Assembly (NCBI GenBank): GCA_034780895.1
Contig: JAUZTB010000127.1
Coordinates: 51,128,997 to 51,191,326, forward strand
Direction of reading: 5' to 3'
From: Rhynchobatus australiae
Taxonomy: Eukaryota
DNA: 62,330 nucleotides
The notes beneath the pieces are model-generated. The model made no database searches and was not told where the DNA came from. It saw only the letters and a program-made list of their open reading frames with translations. Each line of letters opens with the position of its first letter. The stretch's first letter is position 1. The position numbers were made by a program, and so were the translations under genes. This document shows, in pieces, positions 1 through 10,690 of the stretch.

Positions 1-660
1 TGAATGTGAAGGCTGGTATGCTGGAAGGTGAGGACAAGGGATGAACTTTCCTTAATATGGATTGAGATGGGGGTGGGGGGGGGCGGTGTGGGAGAGTAGA
101 AGTGTGGGAAATAGATGCGGTTGAGAAGCCCTTCCACTCTGGTAGAAGGGAAGTGAACTCTAAGAATGGAGGACATCTTAAAGGCATCAATGCAGAAGCA
201 GTGGAATTGGGAGAATGGAGTCCTTACAGGAAGCATTAGTGGGGTGAGATACTTTCAAGATAAGCGAGGAAGACATTGGTCTTAACACGGATGTGGGTGT
301 CAACCTATCCCCCAAGCTGGAGATAGAGACGACAAGAAACGAAAGGAAGATTCGAACATCGACTGTGAAAGGGAGAGCAGCCTCGAAACTGGACACAAAG
401 CTAAAGGAATTTTCAAGGTTTTTAAATGTGCAGAAAGCAGCAAATGTATGTTCATTAATGTAATGGAAGTTGAGGGAAGGATATAATAACGTTTAAAACG
501 TTACCCAAACGTTACATGTACCCAATGAATTGAAAGGCATAATGTGCATCTACGCGAGCTCCAATAGCTGCATATTTGACTTGCATAAGTGAGTGGAGTT
601 GTTCAATGTAGTAAAATATTTAGACAGGCAAAGTAGAGCCGTGGTGAAAGTGCAATGGTT
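1..660 (-). mobile_element. Degenerate Penelope-like retroelement RT fragment
   Basis: Minus-strand peptides ...SISSLGDRL...SHPTNASCKDSI... and ...TLNN... resemble the Penelope RT C-terminal region. Frameshifted; boundaries approximate. Confidence 0.65.
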
Positions 661-829
661 TGGTCCCTGTTTACGTAAGCAATCGGCTCCAAGGCCCCCT
701 TTTTCTGGAACGAAGATACAGAATATTTTGCTGTCCATGCTGAAAACGAGTTGGGATACGAAAACCAGAAAGTATTGCACAAATTTCATATTTCACGAAT
801 AACCAGAAGGAGGTTATCAATCCCATCGA

Positions 830-1150
830 GTCTATGCTGCCTCTTATATTAATCTATTCATTTCCGTCCTTAAATTTATTTCCCATATCCTAGAGATATG
901 GTTATTAGCACACCCTGACCTTGCATCCCATCCCCACGATTTTCCTTCGATCTGCATAAACTGACATTAAAATATAGAAGCCAATTAACTCGTCAACCCG
1001 CAGAACTTGGGGATGTGGAAGGAAACCAGAGCAACTGAGGGAAAGGCACGCGGTCACAGGGTGAAAGTGCGCATTCCACATGGATTGCACCCGAGTCAGA
1101 ATCAAAGCTTGGTGGTTGGAACGATGAGACAGCTGCATTAACTATGGCTT
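830..1150 (-). mobile_element. tRNA-derived V-SINE-like element
   Basis: GATGTGGAAGGAAACCAGAGCAACTGAGGGAAAGGCACGCGGTCACAGGG is a diverged reverse complement of the V-SINE core. Boundaries approximate. Confidence 0.65.
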
Positions 1151-2189
1151 CATTGTCAAAGTAGCAGTAAGCATCCAAGATGCGTTGGATGTAAATTAGA
1201 AGAAACTGGACAGTGGTGGAAAGAATGACGTTAAGATGAAGGAATTATTATGTGGGGAAATGAAGGCGAAGACAGTACATCTGCCCTGTGTTCTGCCCCT
1301 GGATCTTGGGGAAGGGCGAGAAGTGGATTGAGGAGCTGTGAGACTCCGAGTCTGGAGGCTGTGATAGAAAGACATCCAGAAGAATTGTGTTCAGTGTCGT
1401 CTGGAAGACATTGGCCTGATGTTCAGATATGGGAATGGTCGAGTGAGTGGCATGATGAGGTTTCCGGTTGCTTGTGTTCCGGTTTTGTGAGTTAGAGCCA
1501 ATTCACCATACCACAACAGCTCCGCCATTGTCAACAATTTTCATGATATTGAGGGGGTCCTTAGTGATTGGAGTGATGCAGGTTCAGAAGGGGGTAGGCT
1601 AGAGAGACACGTACAGTAGACATCAACATTTAGAAGTGGATAGGAGTGGAGAGGAAAGAAGCAGAAAAGCAGTGGTACAGTTGGATCGGGAATTCTGGAT
1701 CCAATTATAGAGAAACAAGGGGTCCTTAGTCTGACGTAGGGACTCCTGGGCAAAACTATAGGCACAGAGGAAAATGCTTGGAAAGAAGAGCTCAAAATCA
1801 AAAACTTACGAAGAAGGAGGTGAAGCTGATACCAGTTGCAATTCGAGGGGAGGGTGGGGGAGTGAAAACACAACAACTAATAGGACTGTTGGAGAGAGAC
1901 GTTTAGAAGGAAGTGAATATGGGCGGGGGTGGATACAGAGCAGTGCTTGAATTCAAGAACTGTTCAATTGGAAGAAAAAGTCACGTTTTTTGTTGAAAAA
2001 ACGGATAACGTCGACATGCAGACAAGACAATTTGAACATAGTACTACTTGGCATTTTTGCCGAGAAAGGTGAAGAACATGAAATTGTCAATGAATGGCAT
2101 TAAGCGGAGAAAGAGGTGTGGCCGTGAAAGCAAGTTTTCGCTGACAGCTTCTCAGAAACAAGAAGGAAAATAGACACTATTGAGAGTGA

Positions 2190-3250
2190 GCAGGATCTAA
2201 AAAAAACATAAATGCAGGGAAATGCACAGCAGCTCAAACGGCATCTGGGGCCTGATATTTCAGGACGAAGACATATCATCAGAAATCGCGAACTGAGAAA
2301 ACAAACGTTTTTCGTGTTGCGTAAAAAAGGGGTGGAGAGAACAGAGGGAACGTCTGTGACTGGATGTAGTTCAAGATTGTCAAGGGAAGCATTACTTTAT
2401 ATATAAGGAAGAACAATCAGAGAAAACCGAGGAAGAAGAAATACATCGCAAATGGAAGGTAAATAATGTTCAAAGAGAGGAAAACAGATGCTTTTTCCCC
2501 CCAATTCTTGAATTAAGCATTGGGTACCGATGGTTATTGTGTGTCCAAGGCTGTTCCTGAAGCTTCAATTAATTCAATACAGGTGGCTGAAGATTGGGAA
2601 ATCAGATTGAGATTGGTCCAGAGAACTAAACCGGCAATTGGAATCTCGGGGTTACTCTTTGGGATTTAAATGTTGGAGCTCCCAAACGATTGTTTAGCTG
2701 CTAGATGGTGAGAAGAGAAGAGGACCACAATAGTAAGTTTAACATCTTCTGCGGTTTCATGGTAATCTGCCAGGAGGAATGGAGTAGATGGTGGACTCTG
2801 AATTCTATGTTTTCTTTCTCCTACATTGATCCAAAGGTGCCCAGCATAAAGTTGAAAAACAGCAGCTCATCTTCCATTCAGGCATATTACACAGCCCTCA
2901 GAATTAATGCTGAATTTAACATTTTCAGGTATTCATCCTAAATGTCGGTCTCCATTGGTCTGACTGTACGATGCGGCTTCATTTCGTTAACTTTTTACTT
3001 TCACTCTGTCTGCAATTTCTGTTCTTTTATGAGCATAATTCTCACTTCTGCAACTTTTTTTCTGCACCAGGCCACTGAAACTCACTTCGTTCCCTCCATC
3101 CTTTGTCCATTTTGTAACTTAAAACGTGTTTCTCAGCTCACTTTTCAGTTATAATTCCGGAACCTGAAATGTTGATCATTTTTGTGTCCCCATGGATGCT
3201 GCTTGACCTGCTGGATGCTTCCAGCATTTTGTATTGTTTTCTTAAATTCA
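2190..3250. mobile_element. Penelope-derived element with inverted termini
   Basis: A Penelope 3'-end-like segment on + at about 2850-2940, and mutually inverted degenerate terminal motifs at about 2210-2250 and 3195-3240. Confidence 0.4.
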
Positions 3251-3689
3251 GAATAAGAGTAACGCCTGGTCGAACATTTTCACTTCACTCTTAGTATCAC
3301 CCCCATGGCCACAGTAATTTAGTGTTAAAAGCTAGTGGTGAAAGCTCCTTCTGCACAGTTTTCGGATGCTCTCCTTCTTCAGCTGATTTCTCTCAATTCC
3401 CCAGCGAAAAATGTGCTCTTGGCATCTTGCCAACTTTCGGATCGTTGCTCATGAACGCACAGAGCAGAGACCTCGGTCCAATTATTCATGGAATCCTTGT
3501 AAATATTTCAGACAGAAGGAGGTATTTTGGGACATGACTAAGGAAAAAACGACGGAGACGGATTGTGTCTTCCAGCAATAGGTTCATGGCCCTGTAGGCC
3601 ATAACTCTTCAACAACATACTGAAATAATAACATCTAAACGTGAGGTAAAATTCTGACTCTGTCATTCTCTCAGATTCTTTTTAAAATC

Positions 3690-4050
3690 CCCACCTTCCA
3701 GGCTATGTCATCGCAGCTACCACTGCGTAGGAAGTACAGAAGCCTGAAGTCCCACACCACCAGGTTCCAGAACACATATTTCCCTTTAACCATTCGGTTA
3801 TTGAATCAAGGGCAAAACACTAATCACTGCTTTTTGCAGCACTATGATCACAATGATCACTGCTCTAAAATGTACTTAGATTATTCTTTATTCTAATTGT
3901 GCTCTTTTATGCAATAAATGTATATGATTTATGTTTAATTTATGTTTAACTTGTGAATGATGCCTATATGATAACATGTTCCTGTGATACTGCTGCAAAT
4001 AAGTATTACATTGGACCTGTGCATACAAGCACTTGTACATTTTGCAGTAT
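3690..4050 (+). mobile_element. 3' end of a Rex1/Babar-like LINE
   Basis: Peptide LPLRRKYRSLKSHTTRFQNTYFPLTIRLLN followed by a 3' UTR. Confidence 0.65.
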
Positions 4051-4959
4051 ACTCGATTTTAACCTACAGCTCAAGATCTCCAGATACCCTCAACCATTTG
4101 GCTGAACCTGCACATCTAGAACCAGGTCAAGCAGTTAATCCCGAGCCCCATCAGTCAAATGTTTCACGCCAGTAATTTCTAGAGGTGAGACATTTATGTG
4201 AACTCTGCCAAAATCCATTCACATTCTATTTTCTTCAGTGGTGACACAAGGGGACAAATGCCTTCACAGTCTGACCTACTGACCTACAATCACTATTTGA
4301 GTAACAAAGTGAAATAAATGTTGTAATATATACTGCAGAATGGCAGGCAGAGACTAAGAAACTGCAGACATGGGCTAAAACTGCTGGAAAATGAAGTGTT
4401 ATCTCAATCAACAGTAAGAATCCAATTTGACCTCTGAGTATTTGGTCCAATGGAACAGATCGGGATCCACAATATAAAGCTAATGATAAAGGCGGGGTCC
4501 AGCACTTTCACCAACATTATTCAAACCATTCAAATGGAAGCACACACTTTACACATAATGCTGGACAAAGAGACATGTTAGATTTGCATAACCTGGTGTG
4601 TTCCTGTTGCTCTCAAGAGAATAGAAAAATGGTGTGCCTCAGTGTTGGAAGTGAAGTTGCTGCAGCTGTTAATTTTGGTGCCATGTCCAGATCTTGTAGT
4701 CTTTCATAGACTTCCTGCCCAGTATAATTTCCTGCATTTGAGGATCACAGCAAACAAGGAGACACCCTTTGTGAAAAAAAAAGTAAGATTCAGATGTTAC
4801 TCCCAGACATTGTCAGTATGGGATACATCATTTCACTCACATGACAGCAGAGCATAGGATGTGCCTGATTAATTGAGAAGGACCTCAATTGGGTGGGTTA
4901 GCAAGCATATGGATGCCACCAAGATTTGTGGAATTGTGGAATTGCCAAAGAATACAGTG

Positions 4960-5430
4960 GTATAGAGATCAGTTACAAATATGGGCAGAGATGGAGATGG
5001 AGAAAGTGTGAAGTGTTGCAGCGTGTGCATTTGTGGTCGCCCCATTATAGGAAGGATGTGGAGATTGTAGGAAAGGTGCAGAAGAAGTTTATCAGGATGC
5101 TGCCTGGAATGTAGGGAATGAGCTATAAGGATAGATTGGACAGACTTGGGTTGTTCTCATGAGAGCGTCGAAGGCTGAGGGGAGATCTGACAGAAGTTTT
5201 TTTTAATTGTCAGACACACGGTAGACAGTCAGAATCAGTTCTCCAAAGTGGAAATGCCAACCACCAGAGGACATGCTTTCAAGGTTGGGGTTGTGGGGTT
5301 AAAGACGAGCAGAGAGACAAATGTTCTTGTGCAGAGACTGGTACTTGATAAGAATGAGTTACCAGGGGTAATTGTGGAACCAAGCAGTTTGGTGGTGTTC
5401 AAGAGGCTTTTAGATAGACACATAAGATAA
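4960..5430 (+). mobile_element. CR1 LINE 3' fragment; its tail resumes at about 5696-5734 and 8299-8385
   Basis: WSPHYRKDVEIVGKVQKKFIRMLPGM and TRGHAFKV motifs. Tail GCACAACATCGTGGGCCGAA after the LTR element. Confidence 0.8.
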
Positions 5431-5695
5431 TATATCTTTATTAGTCACATGTACATCGAAACACACAGTGAAATACATCTTTTGCGTGGAGTGTTTTGAG
5501 GGCAGCCCACACGTGTTGCCAGGCTTCCAGCGCCAACAGAGCATGCCCACAACTTCCTAACTCGTACATCATTGGAATGTGCAAGGAAACCGAAGCACCC
5601 AGAGGAAACCCATGCAGGCACAGGGAGAATGTACAAATTCCACACAGACAGTGGCTGGAATTGAACCTGGGTCGCTGGCGCTGTAATAGTCATTA
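5431..5695 (-). mobile_element. V-SINE inserted in CR1
   Basis: GGAAACCGAAGCACCCAGAGGAAACCCATGCAGGCACAGGGAGAATGTACAAATTCC (V-domain, reverse complement) plus a B-box-like TTGAACC. Confidence 0.8.
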
Positions 5696-5773
5696 TGAAT
5701 ATGAAAGGTATGGAGGGATATGTTTGATAAATAGTGTTATGGACTAGGTTACTATCAGTGAGGGTCCCTTTTA

Positions 5774-5823
<50 letters not shown>

Positions 5824-6511
5824 CGTTCTTACATCAACAGAAGATAAAGAACGTCATGACGTTGTTGTTGAAACAACCAGAGTCAGTCTGAAGAAGAGAG
5901 ACAGAAGAACAATGAAGAGAGAGAGAGAGAGAGACCAGCCTGCTTGTTTTCTGTGTTGATGGATGAGAAACAATAACTGTGACTGTCCCTGCAATCCACG
6001 TATGGATTGTTGAGAGTAATCCGGTGGAGTTCACTTTGTCGGTAACCTGTGGAGGAAAACAGGTAGTTGGTGTGGACGGCCATGGCACGGATGCTCTAGG
6101 GTGTGGCAGACACGTTGAAGTGAAGAAGTGGAGTTCACTTGGTTGTTGACCTGTAGAAGGAAACAGGTAGTTGGTGTGGACGGCCACGGTACTCTCTATT
6201 ATCTCTCTGCATCTATGTTTTATCTCCAGACGACGGTGGTTGTTGAAGAAGCCTTTACTCATGTTTCACCTTATGGCCTACTGAAGTGAACTTTAAGAAC
6301 CATTCCTGAACGTGGAGTTTGGGAATTTGCCACACACACACGACAAGTTTAGTTAGTTTTTTGGGAGTTAATATTCGGGGCTTAACATTTTTGCTTCTAA
6401 CATTCTAACATTTTTACTTTTATTTTACTCATTAACATAAGTGGTTATTTATAAAGTAGTTTTTAACACCTGTTATCGGTGTGTTTCTTTTGTTGCTGGT
6501 ACGTAACAAAT

Positions 6512-6529
6512 TGGGGACTCGTCCGGGAT
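6512..6529 (+). promoter_or_regulatory. Primer-binding site complementary to tRNA-Pro
   Basis: TGGGGACTCGTCCGGGAT is a 17/18 match to the canonical TGGGGGCTCGTCCGGGAT and lies 3 nt downstream of the 5' LTR end. Confidence 0.9.
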
Positions 6530-6613
6530 CAAACCCACAGATCGACGAGATTTGTCCGGGATCAAATCCACAGATTGACGAGTGTTGTCCAGGATCCAAT
6601 CCAAAGATTGACG
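6521..6613 (+). repeat. About 3 x 33-bp tandem repeat beginning inside the PBS
   Basis: GTCCGGGATCAAACCCACAGATCGACGAGATTT / GTCCGGGATCAAATCCACAGATTGACGAGTGTT / GTCCAGGATCCAATCCAAAGATTGACG. Confidence 0.85.
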
Positions 6614-6898
6614 ATGGTGGTTTGAAGTTGAGCTCAAGACTGGAAGTCTGAATTTGGTCAAATTGGGGTCTTAGTGGATGACTGATTATGGTCGGTCTGA
6701 ATTTTTTTTGTTTGGCTTGTGTGTGTGGAAACCAGCAACAATGGATACGTTTTTTTAAAAAAAAACACTCCTGGGGGATTACAGGGGATGAGGAATCCTG
6801 ATTTGCAAACAACTGCTGCAGAGTTACATCTTGAGGCAGGAACGCGATTTATGAGAAATGCAGATATTCAGAGACTGGTCGCTGGCCATTAAAAGAAA

Positions 6899-7629
6899 GT
6901 GATTGAGGAGGAGGTGTTAAAACGGCTTTCTGGCAGTGAACGAGTGATTTCTGAGGCACAGGTGCAGCTGGCAAAGATAGAGTCTGAACGAGAACAGAAG
7001 AGGCCAGAGGCTGAACGAGAGCAAACTCCGTTAAGGTTAGAGGTTGAACAGGAACGGGAAATGACTGGATTAAAGTTTGAGGCCGAGGCAGAGGAAAGGA
7101 AGGCCTATCTCGAAATGATGAAGATGGAGCTGGAAATGTAAGAAAAAAGGATGGAGATGAAAATGAAGCGATGGAGTTGGGAATCGGATTCTTATGATGG
7201 GTTTTAAGACAGTAGGGAGGTTCAATTCGTCCCTCCTTTTGTGGAAGATCAGGTTCAAGAGTATTTACAACGTTTTCAAAAGGTTGCTGTGAGTTCAAAC
7301 TGGCCAAAGGAAAGATCGGCTCTGATGTTGCAGAGTGTAATTAAAGGCAAAGCTTATTCTGCTTTATCTGTTGAGGATGCAGCTGATTATACCAAGGTGA
7401 AAAAAGCTGTGTTGAAGGCTTACGAATTGGTACCTGAAGCTTACAGACAAAAATTTAGAGATTGGAGGAAGTCTGTGGATCAGACGTTTATAGAATTTGC
7501 CAATGGAAAGAGAATATGTTTGGAACGATGGTGCATGACTAAAAATGTAGTTGGGGATTACAATAAACTGATAGAATTGATTTTAATAGAAGAATTTAAA
7601 AGATGTGTCCCAGCTGAAATAACAGCCTA
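6899..7629 (+). pseudogene. Degenerate Gmr1-like gag: coiled-coil followed by a SCAN-like capsid region
   Basis: E/K/R-rich coil, then ...WPKERSALMLQSVIKGKA...YELVPEAYRQKFR...LIELILIEEFKRC. In-frame TAA at 7139; truncated by the gap. Confidence 0.82.
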
Positions 7630-9775
7630 NNNNNNNNNNNNNNNNNNNNNNNNNNNNNNNNNNNNNNNNNNNNNNNNNNNNNNNNNNNNNNNNNNNNNNN
7701 NNNNNNNNNNNNNNNNNNNNNNNNNNNNNATTGTTGAGAGTAATCCGGTGGAGTTCACTTTGTCGTTAACCTGTGGAGGAAAACAGGTAGTTGGTGTGGA
7801 CGGCCATGGCACGGATGCTCTAGGGTGTGGCAGACACTTTGAAGTGAAGAAGTGGAGTTCACTTGGTTGTTGACCCTTGGAAGGAAACAGGTAGTTGGTG
7901 TAGACAGTCACAGTTCTCTCTATTTTCTCTGTGCATCCACTTTTTATCTCCAGACAATGGTGGTTGTTGAAGAAGCCTTTACTCACGTTTCGCCTTATGA
8001 CTTGCTGAACTGAACTTTAAGAACCATTCCTGGACGTGGAGTTTGGGAATTTGCCACACATACACACACACACAGACACACACACACACACACACACAGA
8101 CACACACACACACACACACACGCGACAAGTTTAGTTAGTTTTTGGGAGTTAATGTTTGGGGTTTCACATTTTTACTTCTAACATTCAAACATTTTTACGT
8201 TTATTTTACTTATTATCATGAGAAGTTATTAATAAAGTAGTTTTTTACACTTATACATGTCTCGGTGTGTTTCTTTTGTTGCTGGTACGTAACAATAGGA
8301 GGACATATAGTATAAATCTGCATCAAGATCCGCACAACATCGTGGGCCGAATGAGGTGTCCACTGCTGTAATATTGTCTATGAGGCCTTCAGTGGTGATT
8401 CTTTATTCTCTGTCCCTGAGGCATTTGGGCTGACGTGCCAGCCCTCCAACTCAGCAAGAGGTAACAGGCTTGGTAGCAACGCCGCTAGTGCAGGAGCACA
8501 GCGATTATAGGAAATGACACTGGCGTGGTGAAGAACGGAGATTCATATGTTGCATGTCGTGTGAATATCATTCATGATCATCCAGGAAAAGGAAACAGAA
8601 TCTTCCATTTGTTTATGGAGACATTAGCTGTTTTTTCTCCAGAATTTATTCTGTCCTATTCTTTGTTGTCCTTCGGCTGGACGGGTCGCAGACAATGTTT
8701 ACCAGTGACTGCAGACTGACTGCTGGAAGTTACTCTGTTCGCTGCGGGTCTCGTCAGATTTCCTTCATAACCCAAAATAAGCTCTTGTCCTAGATGGATC
8801 AGCTATACACCGCCATCCCAGCTGGCTGAAGGGGGCGGGGAGTGAGGTTGGAGTGACTGGCCGAACCCAGAGTGACGAACGGTGCATATGCTGCCGAAAC
8901 GATGCGATGGGACGTGAATTCTGTGTGCCTGAAGGGGGCATCAGTGTCTTGAAACTGGAAATCCATCAACGGACGGGATGGAGACAGATGCAATGACTTA
9001 CTGGCACCCAGGCTGCAAGAGCCTCATTGAAATCTTCAGAACTGGAGTCGAGGCGGCTGATAGATCCCGACTCACAGATATATGGTCCCGAATGTGCTTA
9101 CTCATCTGCTTAGAATCTGCTCTCTGCACTACGAGGCGGGATTCCTGTCATGGTGGAGAAAGATGTCGGAGGTGAGGCGAGTCTCTACTTCAGTGTAAGA
9201 GAGGAGATCTCATGCGTCATATTCCTGAATCTGCAGGGGAGCAGTTTTTCGTGTGTGCCCCCTTACTGTTCACGCAGGAAAGACATCTTCTCACATAGAA
9301 CAGCCAACACCACCACCCCCCTCCCCCCTCCGTTTCATGGAGAGCAGCCCAAAGTTCACATGCAGAAACGCTGTGTCCCTCGGTTTGAAACAGGAGTGTA
9401 ATGTCGGTAGAAGGAACAGAGTGCACATTCTGGCCGGTTACTTTTGGGCCCATGTCATCTTGAAGGTATCAAATCCATTCAAATTGGGATGGGCGAGCAT
9501 TGGACAGGAAGTTAGATATCCGTCGTTGTTGTAAAAATCTGCGATAAATCAAGTTAATATGATGCGACTTTCGTCCTGTTTTTCTTTTATTCGTGCGGTG
9601 GAGTCTGAAACGAAAAGGGACATAAGGGACGTTTAACTTTATAATGGACATCGACGCTATGAAGCACGGTGCAATGCTGAGAATGGTGAAAAGGTCGAAA
9701 GTGAGGAATGACAGACGAATCCTCAGCCCCAACTCTACTCCCTATACGCTCGTGATTGTGTGGCCGGATTCATCT

Positions 9776-10690
9776 CTAACTCCATACACACGTTTGCAGG
9801 CGATACCACCTTAGTAGGCTGTATCTCAAGTAACGATGAGTCAGAGTACAGGAAGAAGATAGAGAGCTGAGTAACAAGATATCATAACAACAACCTTTCC
9901 CACAATGTAGTCATAACAAAAGAGCTGGTCATTGACTTCAGGAAGGCGGGGTGGTGCACATGCTTCTGTCTATGTCAACGGTCCTGAGGTCGAGAGGGTT
10001 GAGTGCTTCAAATTGGCAAGAGTGAATATCACCAAAAGCCTGCCTTGTCCAACCATGTAGACGCCATGGCCAAAAAAGCTCAACAGCGCCTCTACTTATC
10101 AGGAGGCAAAAAAAAATGTCATGTCCCCTCCAATTTGTGTCGATGTACTGCAGAAAGAATTCGATCTGGGTGGGTCACGGTTTGGTATGGCAGCTGCCCT
10201 GCCCGTGACCGCAAGAAACTGCAGAGAGTTGTGGACACAGCTCAGCACATCACGGAAACCAACCTCCCTCCATGGACATTCTATACTTCTGCCTGCCTCG
10301 GTAAAGCAGTCAGCATAATCAAAGACCCCACCCACCCCGATCATTCTCCCTTCTCCCCTCTCCCATCGGGTAGAAGGTACAAAAGCTGAATGCAGTTACC
10401 GCTGGCTCAAGGACAGTTTCTATCCCACTGTTATATATTGAACGGTTCCCTAATACCATACGATGGACTCCTGATTTCACAATCTATTTCGTTGTAATCT
10501 TGCACCTTATTGTCCACTTGGACCGCAATTTCTCTGTAACTGTTACACGTTATTCTTCATTCTGCATTTTTACCGTATACTACCCCAATGCATGTTTTAA
10601 CCCTAACCCTAACCCTAAGACATGCATGAACAGCATGCAAAACAAGTTTTTCACTGTATTTCGGTATAAGTGACAATAATAAAACCAGTT
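9776..10690 (+). mobile_element. Rex1/Babar-like LINE, 3' portion (RT end and 3' UTR), degenerate
   Basis: FAGDTTLVGCISSNDESEYRKKIE, KELVIDFRK, KKAQQRLY, WYGSC..RDRKKLQRVV, LPSGRRYKS. Confidence 0.85.
10598..10618. repeat. Short interstitial telomeric repeat (TAACCC)3TAA
   Basis: Read directly from the sequence. Confidence 0.7.

Larger units (their letters stand above)
5735..8294 (+). mobile_element. Gypsy/Ty3 (Gmr1-like) LTR retrotransposon; interior collapsed into an N-gap
   Basis: TGT...ACA termini. 5' LTR at 5735-6508, 3' LTR remnant at 7730-8294. 4-bp TSD ATAG at 5731-5734 and 8295-8298. PBS and gag remnant inside. Confidence 0.92.

Noticed and set aside
5834-6262. Recurring MSKGFFNNHR ORFs (also 7627-7986 and 18590-18799)
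   Set aside because: They recur only because they lie antisense within copies of the same LTR.
6521-6613. CRISPR-like appearance of the 33-bp repeats
   Set aside because: There are no unique spacers and no cas genes, and the context is a eukaryotic retrotransposon leader.
7241-7873. ORFs read through N-gaps (also 20227, 20272, 46070, 53845 and others)
   Set aside because: Gap length is arbitrary, so the fused frames are meaningless. Only the flanking peptides were used.
8760-9460. GC-richer segment with several short ORFs
   Set aside because: No recognisable domain. It is possibly an old repeat and cannot be classified without a search.
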